Assembly: GCA_016720655.1 (NCBI GenBank)
Contig: JADKKE010000010.1
Location: forward strand, 69,042-133,041
DNA length: 64,000 nt
Direction of reading: 5' to 3'
DNA from: Bacteroidota bacterium
GTDB taxonomy: Bacteria; Bacteroidota; Bacteroidia; AKYH767-A; 2013-40CM-41-45
Shown: positions 52,404-62,521 of the stretch, piece by piece
Numbering within the stretch: position 1 is the stretch's first letter
Layout: every line of letters starts with the position of its first letter
Made by a program: the position numbers and the translations under genes
The notes under the pieces: model-generated
Told to the model about the DNA's origin: nothing
The model's input: the letters and a program-made list of their open reading frames with translations, nothing else
Database searches by the model: none

Positions 52404-53758
52404 CTATTCAATCAAGTTTTCTACTCCCATTACCTTCGTTTCCAGAATTGATTTCAAAATGTAAAGTCCTGCTTCCAAATCTCCTTTTTCGATTCTGGTC
52501 CAATGTATTCTCAACTCTTAACATTTTTCTCCTCACCCTTCCTGTCGTGTCATAAAGTGTCAATGAACATTTTAGATTGTTTGGATTTGGGAATAATATC
52601 AGTTACCTTCACCATCTGTTTTAACAAGATAAATATCTTTGACTCCAATAGTTGATGCACCTAAAAAATCAGTATAACCACCAACCAAATATCCTCCGTC
52701 ACTATTTTGAATTACCTGTTGTGCGGCTTCACCACGTGGACTATCCAAAGCTCCAATAATTCTTGACCACAAAACATTTCCCTGTTCATCTGTTTTAAGA
52801 AGGTACATACTCATCGAATCAATAAAATCTTCCTGGGCACCACCTGTAATAATGAATCCACTATCCAAACATTGTTTTATGTATATATCAAACGGCATAT
52901 ACCCACCCGTAGAATCAGAAATTACTTTGTTCCAAAGGACATCCATATTATTATTCAACTTAGTCAAAATAATTTTATATCGTGATGTCCTGCTATAACT
53001 AACACCGGCAACAATTAACCCAGAATCAACTGTATTTGAAACGGATTGAGCAAACATCCTTTCGGAACCACTTAACTGAATAGTTTTATTTTGAAGTAAA
53101 TTTCCATATGAGTCCATCTGTAAACATAAAGTCCGCGTAGAATCCAATGTTCCCCATTCTTCTCACTGTAAAAAGTTCCCCATTTGTTGTTTGAAGAGTT
53201 TGGGATGTTACAACTTTATTGGTCTGATATTTTCTTTGACCATACAATATTTCCGGCGGTATCCATTTCAATAAAAAAGAAGCCATTGGATGTTTGTAAA
53301 TCACCGCTCAGAATAAATGATCCATTGTTCTTTTGAAAAATGGTCCGCGAAGTTAAGCCAATTGGGTCTTGTATTGTCCTTGGTCCAAAGTGTATCACCC
53401 ATATTGTTTGTTCTAATCAACAAAATTTCATTCAATACGCCACAAGTATCACCTGCAATCAGGTAACCTCCATCATTTGTTTGAATCAGTGATTTTCCAA
53501 AGGAATAAGAGTTCATCAAATATGTTTTATTCCAAATAATATTTCCATTTAGATCCATTTTGCATAATAACACACGTGTTGAATCTAATTCATCCATAAA
53601 CCCGGTAAAGGCATAATTACTGTCATTTGTCAAAATTAAATCTAACACAGATTCATAAGATGGACTACCTACAACTCTTTGCCAGAGTTAGTTGAGCGTG
53701 GGCAGTAGTTAAACATTAAACAGCTCCAAAACAATGCAATTTTTAGAATATTCTTCAT
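52404..53758 (-). pseudogene. T9SS cargo gene with beta-propeller repeats and a type-A sorting domain remnant, frameshifted at five or more sites including within the signal peptide
   Basis: Four overlapping minus-strand ORFs (motifs NGNIIWNKTY, GGYLIAGDT, DTLWTKD). The signal peptide is MKNILKIALFWSCLMF. The C-terminus gives ..FPNPNN..SLTLYDTTGRV...AGLYILK..VMGVENLIE when frames are joined. Confidence 0.45.
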
Positions 53759-53954
53759 GGGTCATTGGTTTGTAAATTCAATTAATTGAAAATTGATAGA
53801 TATAAAAACCAGATTCATCTGGAAAATATTTAAAATACTATGACAGCAACTTGATATATTGCTAAATTACAAAATTCTGGTTGTCCTGTTCTTATTTTTG
53901 GTTCCAGCTATTTTTTTTGTAATAATACATCAAAAACTATTTTTATTGCGTCAT

Positions 53955-54015
53955 CTATGTGTAAAGAAATCCCGTTGCGCAAGATATGACCCGCTGCGCA
54001 GGATACAATCGTCCT
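53955..54015. repeat. Island repeat array F (2 units: cccgttgcgcaagatatgacc / cgctgcgcaggatacaatcg)
   Basis: Read directly. Confidence 0.75.
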
Positions 54016-54071
54016 TTATTTTATTGTCGAAAAGGAAAGGGTAGATTGAAGTGTGTCGCGGCGAATTAATT

Positions 54072-55440
54072 TCAATTCATTACTACCAATCGATATATAT
54101 ATTTGGTGGAAGCAAGATTAAAGGAAATTAGATACGTTCCTGCCTGCAGTGAAGTTGGGAGTTCAATAAAAGGAGTAGCTTCCGAATGAATCACCATTGT
54201 AGGAATAATTAGTTTTCCTTGCAAATCATGAAGAGTTACAGATGTAATTTTCTCAGCAGGAATTGAAAAATTGAATCTGCTTCCTGAGCAGACCGGATTC
54301 GGATAAATTTTACTCTTTACAAACGCATCTTCACTGATACCGGCTAAAAGCAGATCTGAAATTCGAATCAGATAGCCTTCAGATCCCGAACCGACCCAAG
54401 CTTTTCCTGCTATATACAATTTATCATTCAGAATTAATGTTTCAGTTGCCTCTAAGGCTGATATACCCAAAGAATAATCTGCCAAGAGGCTGCCCAAAAG
54501 TATCACTCCATATAACTGTGCCTAAACGACCTATCGCGAGATAATTCCTGCATAATTAAGTTGATTTTGACCATTCGAGAACGACGATTGAGGTTCTGCC
54601 CAAATTAAGGAACCGGTTGTATCCACCTTTATCAAAGTTGAGATATTATTAAGTCCCAACAAATAACCATATGGTAATTTACAAATTTCATCCACTTCCG
54701 AATACCACGAACCAATATTATATGTTTGTTGCCATAAAATTAATCCTGTTGTATCAATACAAGTAGTTGGGGTTTTCGATTAGCAAAACAGTATCCGATG
54801 ACATTCCTCCAATAAGAATATTGCCATGGCGATGTTATGATTCCTCCATGATATTGAGTCGGAAATAAATCCGGAAGCCAGTTAATTTGCAATACATTTC
54901 CATCAGTCAGTCTTGATAATAATACAAAGTCATATCCATTTGCAGAACAATAAACATGACCAATAAGGTAGAGGTTGGAATGAATTTCAACGAGTCCGGA
55001 AGGACTAAAAACTGTATCTACCTGTGGTACATATGGAAATTTTGAAATAAAAAATTACCGGTTGAAGTATAAAACATCAGTGAAGGACAATAACTGGAGC
55101 CATACGAAGTTCGAAAAATTAACCATTAAATAATTTCCATTGGACAGCTCCTTGATTATTTGCCCTTCACCAACACTACCTGTTGTATCATCACGTATAA
55201 TCGTTACAATATTCCCGTCCAGGTCTGCTTTAATAGCGAAATATTCGTCAGGACCATTAAGGTACCATGCAGTGCCTGTTAAGAGCAACAAGCTGTCACT
55301 GGTAAGCTCCATATCATTGATGGTTGCATAATGCCGATTCAGAGCGGAAGAATATCCATAGGCAAAATCAACCTGCTGTGAAAATGAAATTTGAAGATCA
55401 AGCAGCATCAGCAAAAGAACGAGAGAAAATAATTTTTCAT
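54072..55440 (-). pseudogene. T9SS cargo gene with an intact type-A sorting domain, frameshifted upstream including in the signal peptide
   Basis: The C-terminal sorting domain reads IYPNPVCSGSRFNFSIPAEKITSVTLHDLQGKLI...AGTYLISFNLASTKYIYRLVVMN. The start MKNYFLSFF.. is out of frame with the 55055..55414 ORF. Confidence 0.5.
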
Positions 55441-55569
55441 GAGTAAACCGGTTGTATTTCTAAAGGGAACAATGAACCCAACCGTTACTGTTGAATGATG
55501 GCCTGTATGTGAGCTCATTCAGAATTGGCAGGGAATCGCTATAAATATAATAAAAAAAACCTTCTGAGC

Positions 55570-55790
55570 GGAATGTTGTGTGCTGGCACGTGCGCACGGT
55601 TATTCCGCCTCCGGAGGTCGATAGCTCCCCTATCATGACATCACTTCAGGTAGATTTGGATCAAAAGTGGCTTCGTAAATGGCGGCACTTCACCTCCTCG
55701 AAACAGCTGTTTTTGGTTTTAAGGATTTTCAGGGAGTTTTGTATATTTACTAGTACTGTGCCACTTTAACGCACCGCTTGAACTAACTGC
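55570..55790 (+). repeat. Conserved element of about 200 bp, copy 2
   Basis: About 85% identity to 48230..48450, with the palindrome cctccggagg. Confidence 0.75.
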
Positions 55791-56114
55791 TATCATATGT
55801 CCAGGTACATTCTCTCTATCCTTTTCTATTTTATCCTAAATTTTTTAGTTTGCTCAAACTCCCGATTCAATTTATTATTTAAGTGCAAAGAATAATATAA
55901 ATGCGGTCATTTCACCACTTCAATTTAAAACTTTTCATAAAGAAACTAAAAAGCATTTAAGACTTTTCCATTATATGATAATTCCAACTGGGATTCTCTC
56001 AATAAAGCTCAGGCCCCTTTTCGACTAAAAGTCAGAACAAATGGACTCAATTTTTTAAATACTCTACGATTTGAATACCCTGCTTCATTTGCCGATTCGG
56101 ATTCCTGTTTAATC

Positions 56115-56501
56115 TTGATGGACTTAAATAAAACCAAACTTTGTCTTTATCTTGAAGAAAATCAAGGTATGCAAGCATACCATCTGGCTGACTATCTGAA
56201 ACCATATATGCTATTTCAACGCTCTGGTTGGGAATGGCAAGAATTTATTTTATATAATCCATCCAATAGATACCTTGTTTCGTTTCCGGATTCACCTGTC
56301 TTTTTAAATGATTCCTTAATTTATGCTCTAGGCAATTATTATGGTGAAGGCGGATTTCAATTTATAAATGTGAACAACAATTCCTTCTTCAGAGTTGATT
56401 TTTCAAATTATGAAATACTTGAATGTTACCAAAGGGAATTTTTCTTTTACTTTACATTATATAATCGAGATTTAAACTCTAATAAATTTATTACAAATTA
56501 A
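56115..56501 (+). CDS. Hypothetical protein of 128 aa
   Basis: ORF downstream of copy 2 of the 200 bp element. Tyr/Asn-rich, no recognised domain. Confidence 0.3.
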   Translation: MMDLNKTKLCLYLEENQGMQAYHLADYLKPYMLFQRSGWEWQEFILYNPSNRYLVSFPDSPVFLNDSLIYALGNYYGEGGFQFINVNNNSFFRVDFSNYEILECYQREFFFYFTLYNRDLNSNKFITN

Positions 56502-56544
56502 CATTCTTCTCCCAAAATTAAACTCCCTTTGAAAATACTCCTTA

Positions 56545-56750
56545 CGCTTTTATAGCAACCCGCTGGAGGGTATGACCCCAGTTAAAAGCTAAAAGCTGCG
56601 AAGGATTCCAAAGATCCGGCCCGCTGCGAAGGATATGACCCTAGTTAAAAGCTCACAGCTGCGAAGGATGCTATCGCTGCGAAGGATCTCCAAGATCCTT
56701 TGCCCTTAAACTGTGTGATATTCAATTGTCTGAACTGTGATTTCGATGAT
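56545..56750. repeat. Island repeat array G (5 units, ending with the long terminal variant)
   Basis: gctggagggtatgaccccagttaaaagctaaaa / gctgcgaaggattccaaagatccggcc / cgctgcgaaggatatgaccctagttaaaagctcaca / gctgcgaaggatgctat / cgctgcgaaggatctccaagatcctttgcccttaaactgtgtgatattca. Confidence 0.9.
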
Positions 56751-56981
56751 TTATATGATTTCACTGATGTGCATCCATACTATTAGCTGGGATTGAAATA
56801 ATTGATTCATGTTCATCATTCCTAAAGAAATTTATTCAACACTGATTTCTCAAAATCAAAATAATCAAAATAATCATCAAAATCATAGTTCAGACAAGGT
56901 GCAGTTCAGACAAAAGTGTTTCATTAAAATCCCCAGCATTTGTTGGTTGTATCCCAAAAATCAATGGTCGAGATTTGGTCC

Positions 56982-57377
56982 ATGATTAAGGAGAAATATA
57001 AACATTCAGATTTAACGGCAAAGATTATCGGATGCGCTTTGGAAGTTCACAAGACTTTGGGAAATGGATTTCAGGAGGTCATCTATCAACGTGCATTGCA
57101 AATTGAAATGGCACAACATGGCCTCGCTTTTCAACGTGAATTCGAAATGCCTGTTTTGTACAAAGGAGAACAAATCGGAACACGAAGGGTTGATTTTCTT
57201 GTGGAAGAAATTATTTCGGTTGAACTCAAAGCACTCACACAATTAGAGCCGGTGCATTTGGCACAAGCTATTAATTACCTCGAAGCATATAATTTGGAAA
57301 TCGGGTTGTTGTTGAATTTTGGTGCAACAAGTATGGAAATTAAAAGATTAACAAATGGGAAATTGCCGGCAATGTGA
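56982..57377 (+). CDS. GxxExxY family protein (PD-(D/E)XK-fold)
   Basis: MIKEKYKHSDLTAKIIGCALEVHKTLGNGFQEVIYQRAL..ELKAL..H.AQAINYLEAYNLEIGLLLNFG has the family motif order. It is flanked by atcaYagttcagacaaRg direct repeats at about 56885-56915 and 57458-57485. Confidence 0.75.
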   Translation: MIKEKYKHSDLTAKIIGCALEVHKTLGNGFQEVIYQRALQIEMAQHGLAFQREFEMPVLYKGEQIGTRRVDFLVEEIISVELKALTQLEPVHLAQAINYLEAYNLEIGLLLNFGATSMEIKRLTNGKLPAM

Positions 57378-57604
57378 AATCTGTCTTAAACGTTTTAATC
57401 TCGTGATTAATTTTAATCTCAGTTGAATCAAACAGCGGCATTCAGTGTAATCACAAAAATCAACATAATCACAGTTCAGACAAAGGAGAATTACGGTAAC
57501 ACATGTCGTCCCTACGGGACTTCACCCCTTGTGTGCGCTTTGCTACCGACATTTCGTCCCAAACGGGACTTACTTGTTGTTCAATAAAACCAAGAGATAC
57601 AACC

Positions 57605-57705
57605 GTATACAATAGAATAAAATCCCGCTGCGCAGGATATAACCCCACTTAAAAATTAATTGCTGCGTAAGATGACGGAAGTTCGGCATCTCCATGCGAA
57701 GGATT
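57605..57705. repeat. Island repeat array H (3 degenerate units), the rightmost array, adjacent to the two-component system
   Basis: cgctgcgcaggatataaccccacttaaaaattaatt / gctgcgtaagatgacgg.. / gcgaaggatttaccac. Confidence 0.75.
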
Positions 57706-57760
57706 TACCACACCGCACAAAAACACTTCGCTTGAAGTGTATTGGTAAGAAAAACATTCC

Positions 57761-58401
57761 TCAAACTATCTTCCCCTTAATCGCCTTCGCCACCGCTTCC
57801 GATTTTGAATGAACCTGCAACTTCTTGTAAATGTTTTTGATGTGACCGTTTACAGTTTCAGGGCTGATGAAACAGGATTCTGCAATTAATTTATAGCTCA
57901 TTCCCTGAACAAGATATTTCACAACTTCTTTCTCCCTGTCTGAAAGGTCAAAATCATTCACTGCTTCTGCTGAGGGTTTATGTTGTACCATCTTCAACAC
58001 TTTTCTGGCTATGCTTGGTGTCATCGGAGAACCGCCTTCATAAACTTCTTTAATCGCGGCAAGCATTTGAACGGGAGGAGTGCTTTTAGAATATAGCCTT
58101 CCGCCCCGTTGCAAATGGATTGAAATATTCTATCGTTGTCATCAAAAATGGTCTCCATCAGGATTTTCACATCCGGAAAATTTTCTTTCGCGATTTTCAC
58201 CGCTTCAATGCCGGATATACCGGGCATTTCAATATCCATAAGAATAACATCAGGGTTTGTTTGCCTGATGTCATTTACAATGTCAGTGCAGTTGGCAAAC
58301 GCTCCGGCACATTCAAATCCCGAACTGCCATTAATAAGCTGGAACAATCCTTCACGTAAACTACGATTATCTTCAAAAATAATTACTCTCAAAGTTTTCA
58401 T
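57761..58401 (-). CDS. NarL/LuxR-type response regulator (receiver domain + HTH), with an apparent frameshift near 58090-58115
   Basis: ORF 58021..58401 is the receiver domain (VIIFEDNRSLREG...ILMDIEMPGISGIEA) and ORF 57761..58114 is the LuxR HTH (LSDREKEVVKYLVQGMSYKLIAESCFISPETV). The two join sensibly as ..AEGYILK / STPPVQMLAAIKEVYEGG. Confidence 0.75.
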
Positions 58402-58528
58402 CTGGCTCTTTAATTTTTTGTTAAAATGGCTGGAAGGAATTATTCACCTGTTTTACTTTTTGTTAATTGTGTTCAAGAACTCCGTTTCGCCATATTCATT
58501 TTTTGGTAAACTTTTGTATAGCGCTATT

Positions 58529-60421
58529 TCATGCTTTAAAAATTAGTTCAAGGTTTGTGCCGCTTCCTTTTTCTGATTCAATTTTCAATTGCGCTTTCAT
58601 TTCTTCCGCGCGGTTTTTCATATTGAGCAAGCCGTTACCCTTTGATGTCTGAGCAACATCAAATCCGACTCCATTATCCCGGATTGCCAGTTTTATTAAT
58701 CCGTTTTCATTTGTCAGGGTGATGGATGCGCGTGTGGCTTGCGAATACTTTACAAGATTGTTGAGCGCTTCTTTAAAAATCAGGTAAAAATTTCTTCTCG
58801 ATTCCAGAGAAAGTTTTAACTCATTTAAATTTTCATCTGCCTGAAATGTGTGTTCAATATTTTTTGCCTTTAGCAAGTTGTACGCAAGCGTACCCATGCG
58901 TGAAATGATATTTTCAAATGTGTCATTCTTCGGATTAATCGTCCAGACAATATCACTCATCACTTCAATTATTTTTCTTGAAGCATCTCCAATCTGTTCC
59001 AGTTCATCAACCACAGCCGGAGATTTTTGTTTGGCCACTTCGCTGTAAACCGAAATACTGTTTAAGGTTGAGCCGACATCATCGTGAAGGTCGCTTGCAA
59101 TTCTGTTCCGGATGTTTTGCAGCTTCAATTTATTCGCTATCCTGAAATTGTTATAAACAAAAAATGAAAGGATCAACAACAAAGCGAGACCACCAATGAA
59201 ATAATTCTTTATCAGTTTTTGTTTTTTGATTTCTACATCTGCCACAGCCAGTTGTTTTTCGTTCTCGGCTTTTGTTGCGACTTCTTTTTTATCAAACTCG
59301 TAATTCATTTCCAATTGAGTTTGCTTTTTTACCTTCTCTTCGTTGTTGATGCTGTCCCTGGCAGCTATGTATTGTATATGATATTCATAAGCTTTTTTCC
59401 AGTCGCCCTTTTTAGAATAGAGTTCACTAAAATAATTATTATCATCTTTAATTAAATCCAACGCTTTAATTTCTGTTGCAAGTTTTAATGCACTGTCCAG
59501 ATATTTATCTGCTTCTGATAATTTATTTTGTTTAATATAAAGCGAGCCAATGTTGCCCAGAGTTGTTGCTATGCAGTATTTATCTTCTTGTTCTTGAGCT
59601 ATTTTCAATGTCCTGAAAGCATAGTCAAGAGCTTTTGGATAGTCGGCTTGCTCACCATAGACAATCCCGATGTTGCCGAGGATCATGGTAATATAATTTT
59701 TTGCTCCAAATTCTTCATCCATCTTCAGAGCCCTGAAATAATAGTCGAGTGCTTTGGGATAGTCGGCTTGTTTCATATAGATAACCCCGATGTTGCAAAG
59801 TGTGGAAGCAATTAAATTATTTAATCCCAATTCTTCTTTCATTTTCAGTGCCTTGAAATAATAGTCAAGGGATTTGGCATAGTCCCCTTGCACATCATAT
59901 ACAACCCCAATGTTGCCGAGAATTCCTGCGATTTTATTTTTATCCCCAATTTCTTCTGCAATTTTCAATGCCGTCAAATAATAGCTCACCGCTTTCGAAA
60001 AATCAGCTTGCATTTGATAAACGCTTCCGATGCGCCCAAGTGTTGTTGCTTTTCCTCTCTTGTCATTTAATTGGTCCCACAAGGCAATAGCTTTGTTGTA
60101 ATGTTCAAGAGCAAAACTGAATTCTCCTTTCAGAAAATTGAACCAACCCAATTGATTATATGAATTTGCAATGCCTTTTTTCCATTGATTTTTTTCTGCA
60201 AGCTGCAATGCTTGTGTGCTAAGCAAGATAGAAGTGTCGGGGTTGATGTTCATCAATTCCCAGCCGATCGCGTTGAGGTGATTTACTTTGTTCGTATCCT
60301 CCTTTGCCGTTTTCAAAACATTCAGCAGCGAATCAATCTTCTGTTGATTCTGCGCCTGAACAGAATTAAATAAAACTCCACACAGGAATAAAAGGGAAAT
60401 CAGACGGAGAAAATATTTCAT
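58529..60421 (-). CDS. Sensor histidine kinase with extracytoplasmic TPR repeats, one TM segment, and HisKA_3 + HATPase domains
   Basis: Signal peptide, about 7 TPR units (..AIALWDQLNDKRGKATTLGRIGSVY..), TM segment YFIGGLALLLILSFFVY, phosphoacceptor region ASDLHDDVGSTL, and ATPase motifs (DNGVGFD, GNGLLNM). Confidence 0.85.
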   Translation of the reverse strand: MKYFLRLISLLFLCGVLFNSVQAQNQQKIDSLLNVLKTAKEDTNKVNHLNAIGWELMNINPDTSILLSTQALQLAEKNQWKKGIANSYNQLGWFNFLKGEFSFALEHYNKAIALWDQLNDKRGKATTLGRIGSVYQMQADFSKAVSYYLTALKIAEEIGDKNKIAGILGNIGVVYDVQGDYAKSLDYYFKALKMKEELGLNNLIASTLCNIGVIYMKQADYPKALDYYFRALKMDEEFGAKNYITMILGNIGIVYGEQADYPKALDYAFRTLKIAQEQEDKYCIATTLGNIGSLYIKQNKLSEADKYLDSALKLATEIKALDLIKDDNNYFSELYSKKGDWKKAYEYHIQYIAARDSINNEEKVKKQTQLEMNYEFDKKEVATKAENEKQLAVADVEIKKQKLIKNYFIGGLALLLILSFFVYNNFRIANKLKLQNIRNRIASDLHDDVGSTLNSISVYSEVAKQKSPAVVDELEQIGDASRKIIEVMSDIVWTINPKNDTFENIISRMGTLAYNLLKAKNIEHTFQADENLNELKLSLESRRNFYLIFKEALNNLVKYSQATRASITLTNENGLIKLAIRDNGVGFDVAQTSKGNGLLNMKNRAEEMKAQLKIESEKGSGTNLELIFKA

Positions 60422-60658
60422 TTCTTATGCTTCAATTGATTGAGGACTTAAATTTTTGTAATAATAACACTGCAAATGTAAACTGTTCATAATTCCTCTG
60501 AAACCCCTTGAACATGGTGTTTTGTACTACTTGCATCAGCAAAACACCTTGTTTATGGTATTGCTCGGCTTTATTGATCGCTTCACCTTTGTCCACGTTC
60601 AAATAAACAATAATTTATTCTAACATCCAAAGCACTCGGGACTAAAAACCAAAACAAA

Positions 60659-61573
60659 ATGAAAAAACTACTACTAAAAATGTTTTACGCCTGCCTGTCG
60701 GTAGGCAAGGCTTTCCTCATCATGATGATGTTTTCTTTTACTGTTGCAAATGCACAGATTATTTACACAGATGTAAATCCGGATTCAACCTTTGTGTTTT
60801 ATACCCGACACCCTGGCAATGTCTATAAAAACTACAATCTTGATTTAAATAATGATGGGAATAATGATTACACTTTAACAGCTTCTGCCTCGTCAACTAA
60901 TACTAATCCATCGTATAATGGTAGGAGGATAATAGCCAGTCCATTAAATGGCAATGCTGTAAAAGATACTTTGGTTAATTCTGACACTGTTTCAATTCCT
61001 TTACAATTTAATGCCCTTATTGACATTAACCTGTCATTAAACCAATCCTGGCAAACATCGGGATGGAATATTTTGAAAGATACGACTTGGTATTCGTGGC
61101 CCGGATCGGGTGTATCGAGTTCTGGGTTATGGAATAATTTATCAGATTATTATTTAGGATTAAGACTATTACAATCAGGACAAACTTACTATGGTTGGGT
61201 AAGATTACGTGTTGATGTATCAGGTGGTCCTGATTCACTTATTATACAGGATTATGCTTACAATTCCATACCCAACCAACCCATCCTTGCCGGACAAACA
61301 ACTACCACAGGAATAAATGAAAATTCTTTTGCTTCATCAATAAATCTTTTTCCAAATCCTGCCAACAACCATGTCACCATCACCTTGGGTAGCAGCAACA
61401 AAAAAGTTGAAGTAACCATCGCTGACATTACCGGAAAAGTAATTTACTCAACAACGGAAAGTGAAACGCAAAAAATAGAAGTAAACACGAAAGATTTTGC
61501 AGAGGGAATTTATGTTGTACAAATTCAGTCAGCATATTTTATTGGAACGAAAAAACTTGTCGTGGAAAAATAA
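60659..61573 (+). CDS. T9SS cargo protein of 304 aa with a type-A sorting domain, function unknown
   Basis: Signal peptide present. The sorting domain ends ..INLFPNPANNHVTITLGSSNKKVEVTIADITGKVIY...GIYVVQIQSAYFIGTKKLVVEK. Confidence 0.7.
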   Translation: MKKLLLKMFYACLSVGKAFLIMMMFSFTVANAQIIYTDVNPDSTFVFYTRHPGNVYKNYNLDLNNDGNNDYTLTASASSTNTNPSYNGRRIIASPLNGNAVKDTLVNSDTVSIPLQFNALIDINLSLNQSWQTSGWNILKDTTWYSWPGSGVSSSGLWNNLSDYYLGLRLLQSGQTYYGWVRLRVDVSGGPDSLIIQDYAYNSIPNQPILAGQTTTTGINENSFASSINLFPNPANNHVTITLGSSNKKVEVTIADITGKVIYSTTESETQKIEVNTKDFAEGIYVVQIQSAYFIGTKKLVVEK

Positions 61574-61602
61574 ATTCAAGTCAAAATTTAAAATTTAACA
61601 AA

Positions 61603-62485
61603 ATGAAAAAACAACTACTAAAGAAGTCTTTTGCCTGCCTGCCTGTTGGCATGGCTTTCATCGTTACAGTATTGATGTTTTCCGCAAGTGCAAATGCACA
61701 AATTGTTTACACAGATGTAATTCCGGATTCAACAATGTATTGTGTAGCCCCAATTGCACTTACTAAAAACTATAATCTTGATTTAAATAATGACGCGAGT
61801 AATGATTTCATTTTAACATCCCAAGCTTTGAATTTTATGACCGGATTGCCATTTCGGAATAGTGTATATGTAAGTCCATTAAATGGCAATGCTGTAATAG
61901 ATACTTTGGTTAGTTCCGATACTGTTTCAATTCCTTTACAATTAAATGCCGTAATTGACAGTAACCTGTTATTACAACAATCCTGGCAAGCATCGGGATT
62001 AAATAGTTTGAAAGATACGGCTTATGGTGGATCGGGTCATGGGTTATGGAATAATTTATCAGATTATTATTTAGGATTAAGATTATTACAATCAGGACAA
62101 ACTTACTATGGTTGGGTAAGATTACGTGTCGATGTAACAAGTAATCATGCCTCTGTTATTATACAGGATTATGCTTACAATTCCATACCCAACCAAGCCA
62201 TCCTTGCCGGACAAACAACTACCACAGGAATAATTGAAAATTCTTTTACTTCATCAATAAATCTTTTTCCCAATCCTGCCAACAACCATGTCACCATCAC
62301 TTTGGGTAGCAGCAACAAAAGTTGAAGTAACCATCGCTGACATTACAGGAAAATAATTTACTCAACAACGGAAGGAAACACAAAAGGTTGAAGTAAGCAC
62401 GAAAGATTTTACAGAGGGAATTTATGTTGTACAAATTCATTCAGCAGGTTTTATTGGAACGAAAAAACTTGTCGTGGAAAAATAA
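61603..62485 (+). CDS. Tandem paralogue of 60659..61573 (about 70% identical), frameshifted in the C-terminal sorting domain at an A-run near 62318
   Basis: The 240-aa ORF aligns over its length with the upstream gene. The sorting-domain remnant (VEVTIADITGK, GIYVVQIHSAGFIGTKKLVVEK) is in other frames. Confidence 0.6.
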
Positions 62486-62521
62486 ATTCAAGTCAAACTA
62501 TTAATAAAAAATCAAAATAAA

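Noticed and set aside
45186-57705. CRISPR array interpretation of the GCTGCGAAGGAT repeat clusters
   Set aside because: Units are directly adjacent with no unique spacers. Unit length varies from 18 to about 38 bp. Arrays hold only 2-6 units. No cas genes are present.
45186-57705. Integron attC sites / CALIN interpretation
   Set aside because: I could not locate the paired core sites (RYYYAAC ... GTTRRRY) or the bulged-stem organisation, and there is no intI. It remains possible that another recombinase uses them, so this is kept as a finding rather than a feature call.
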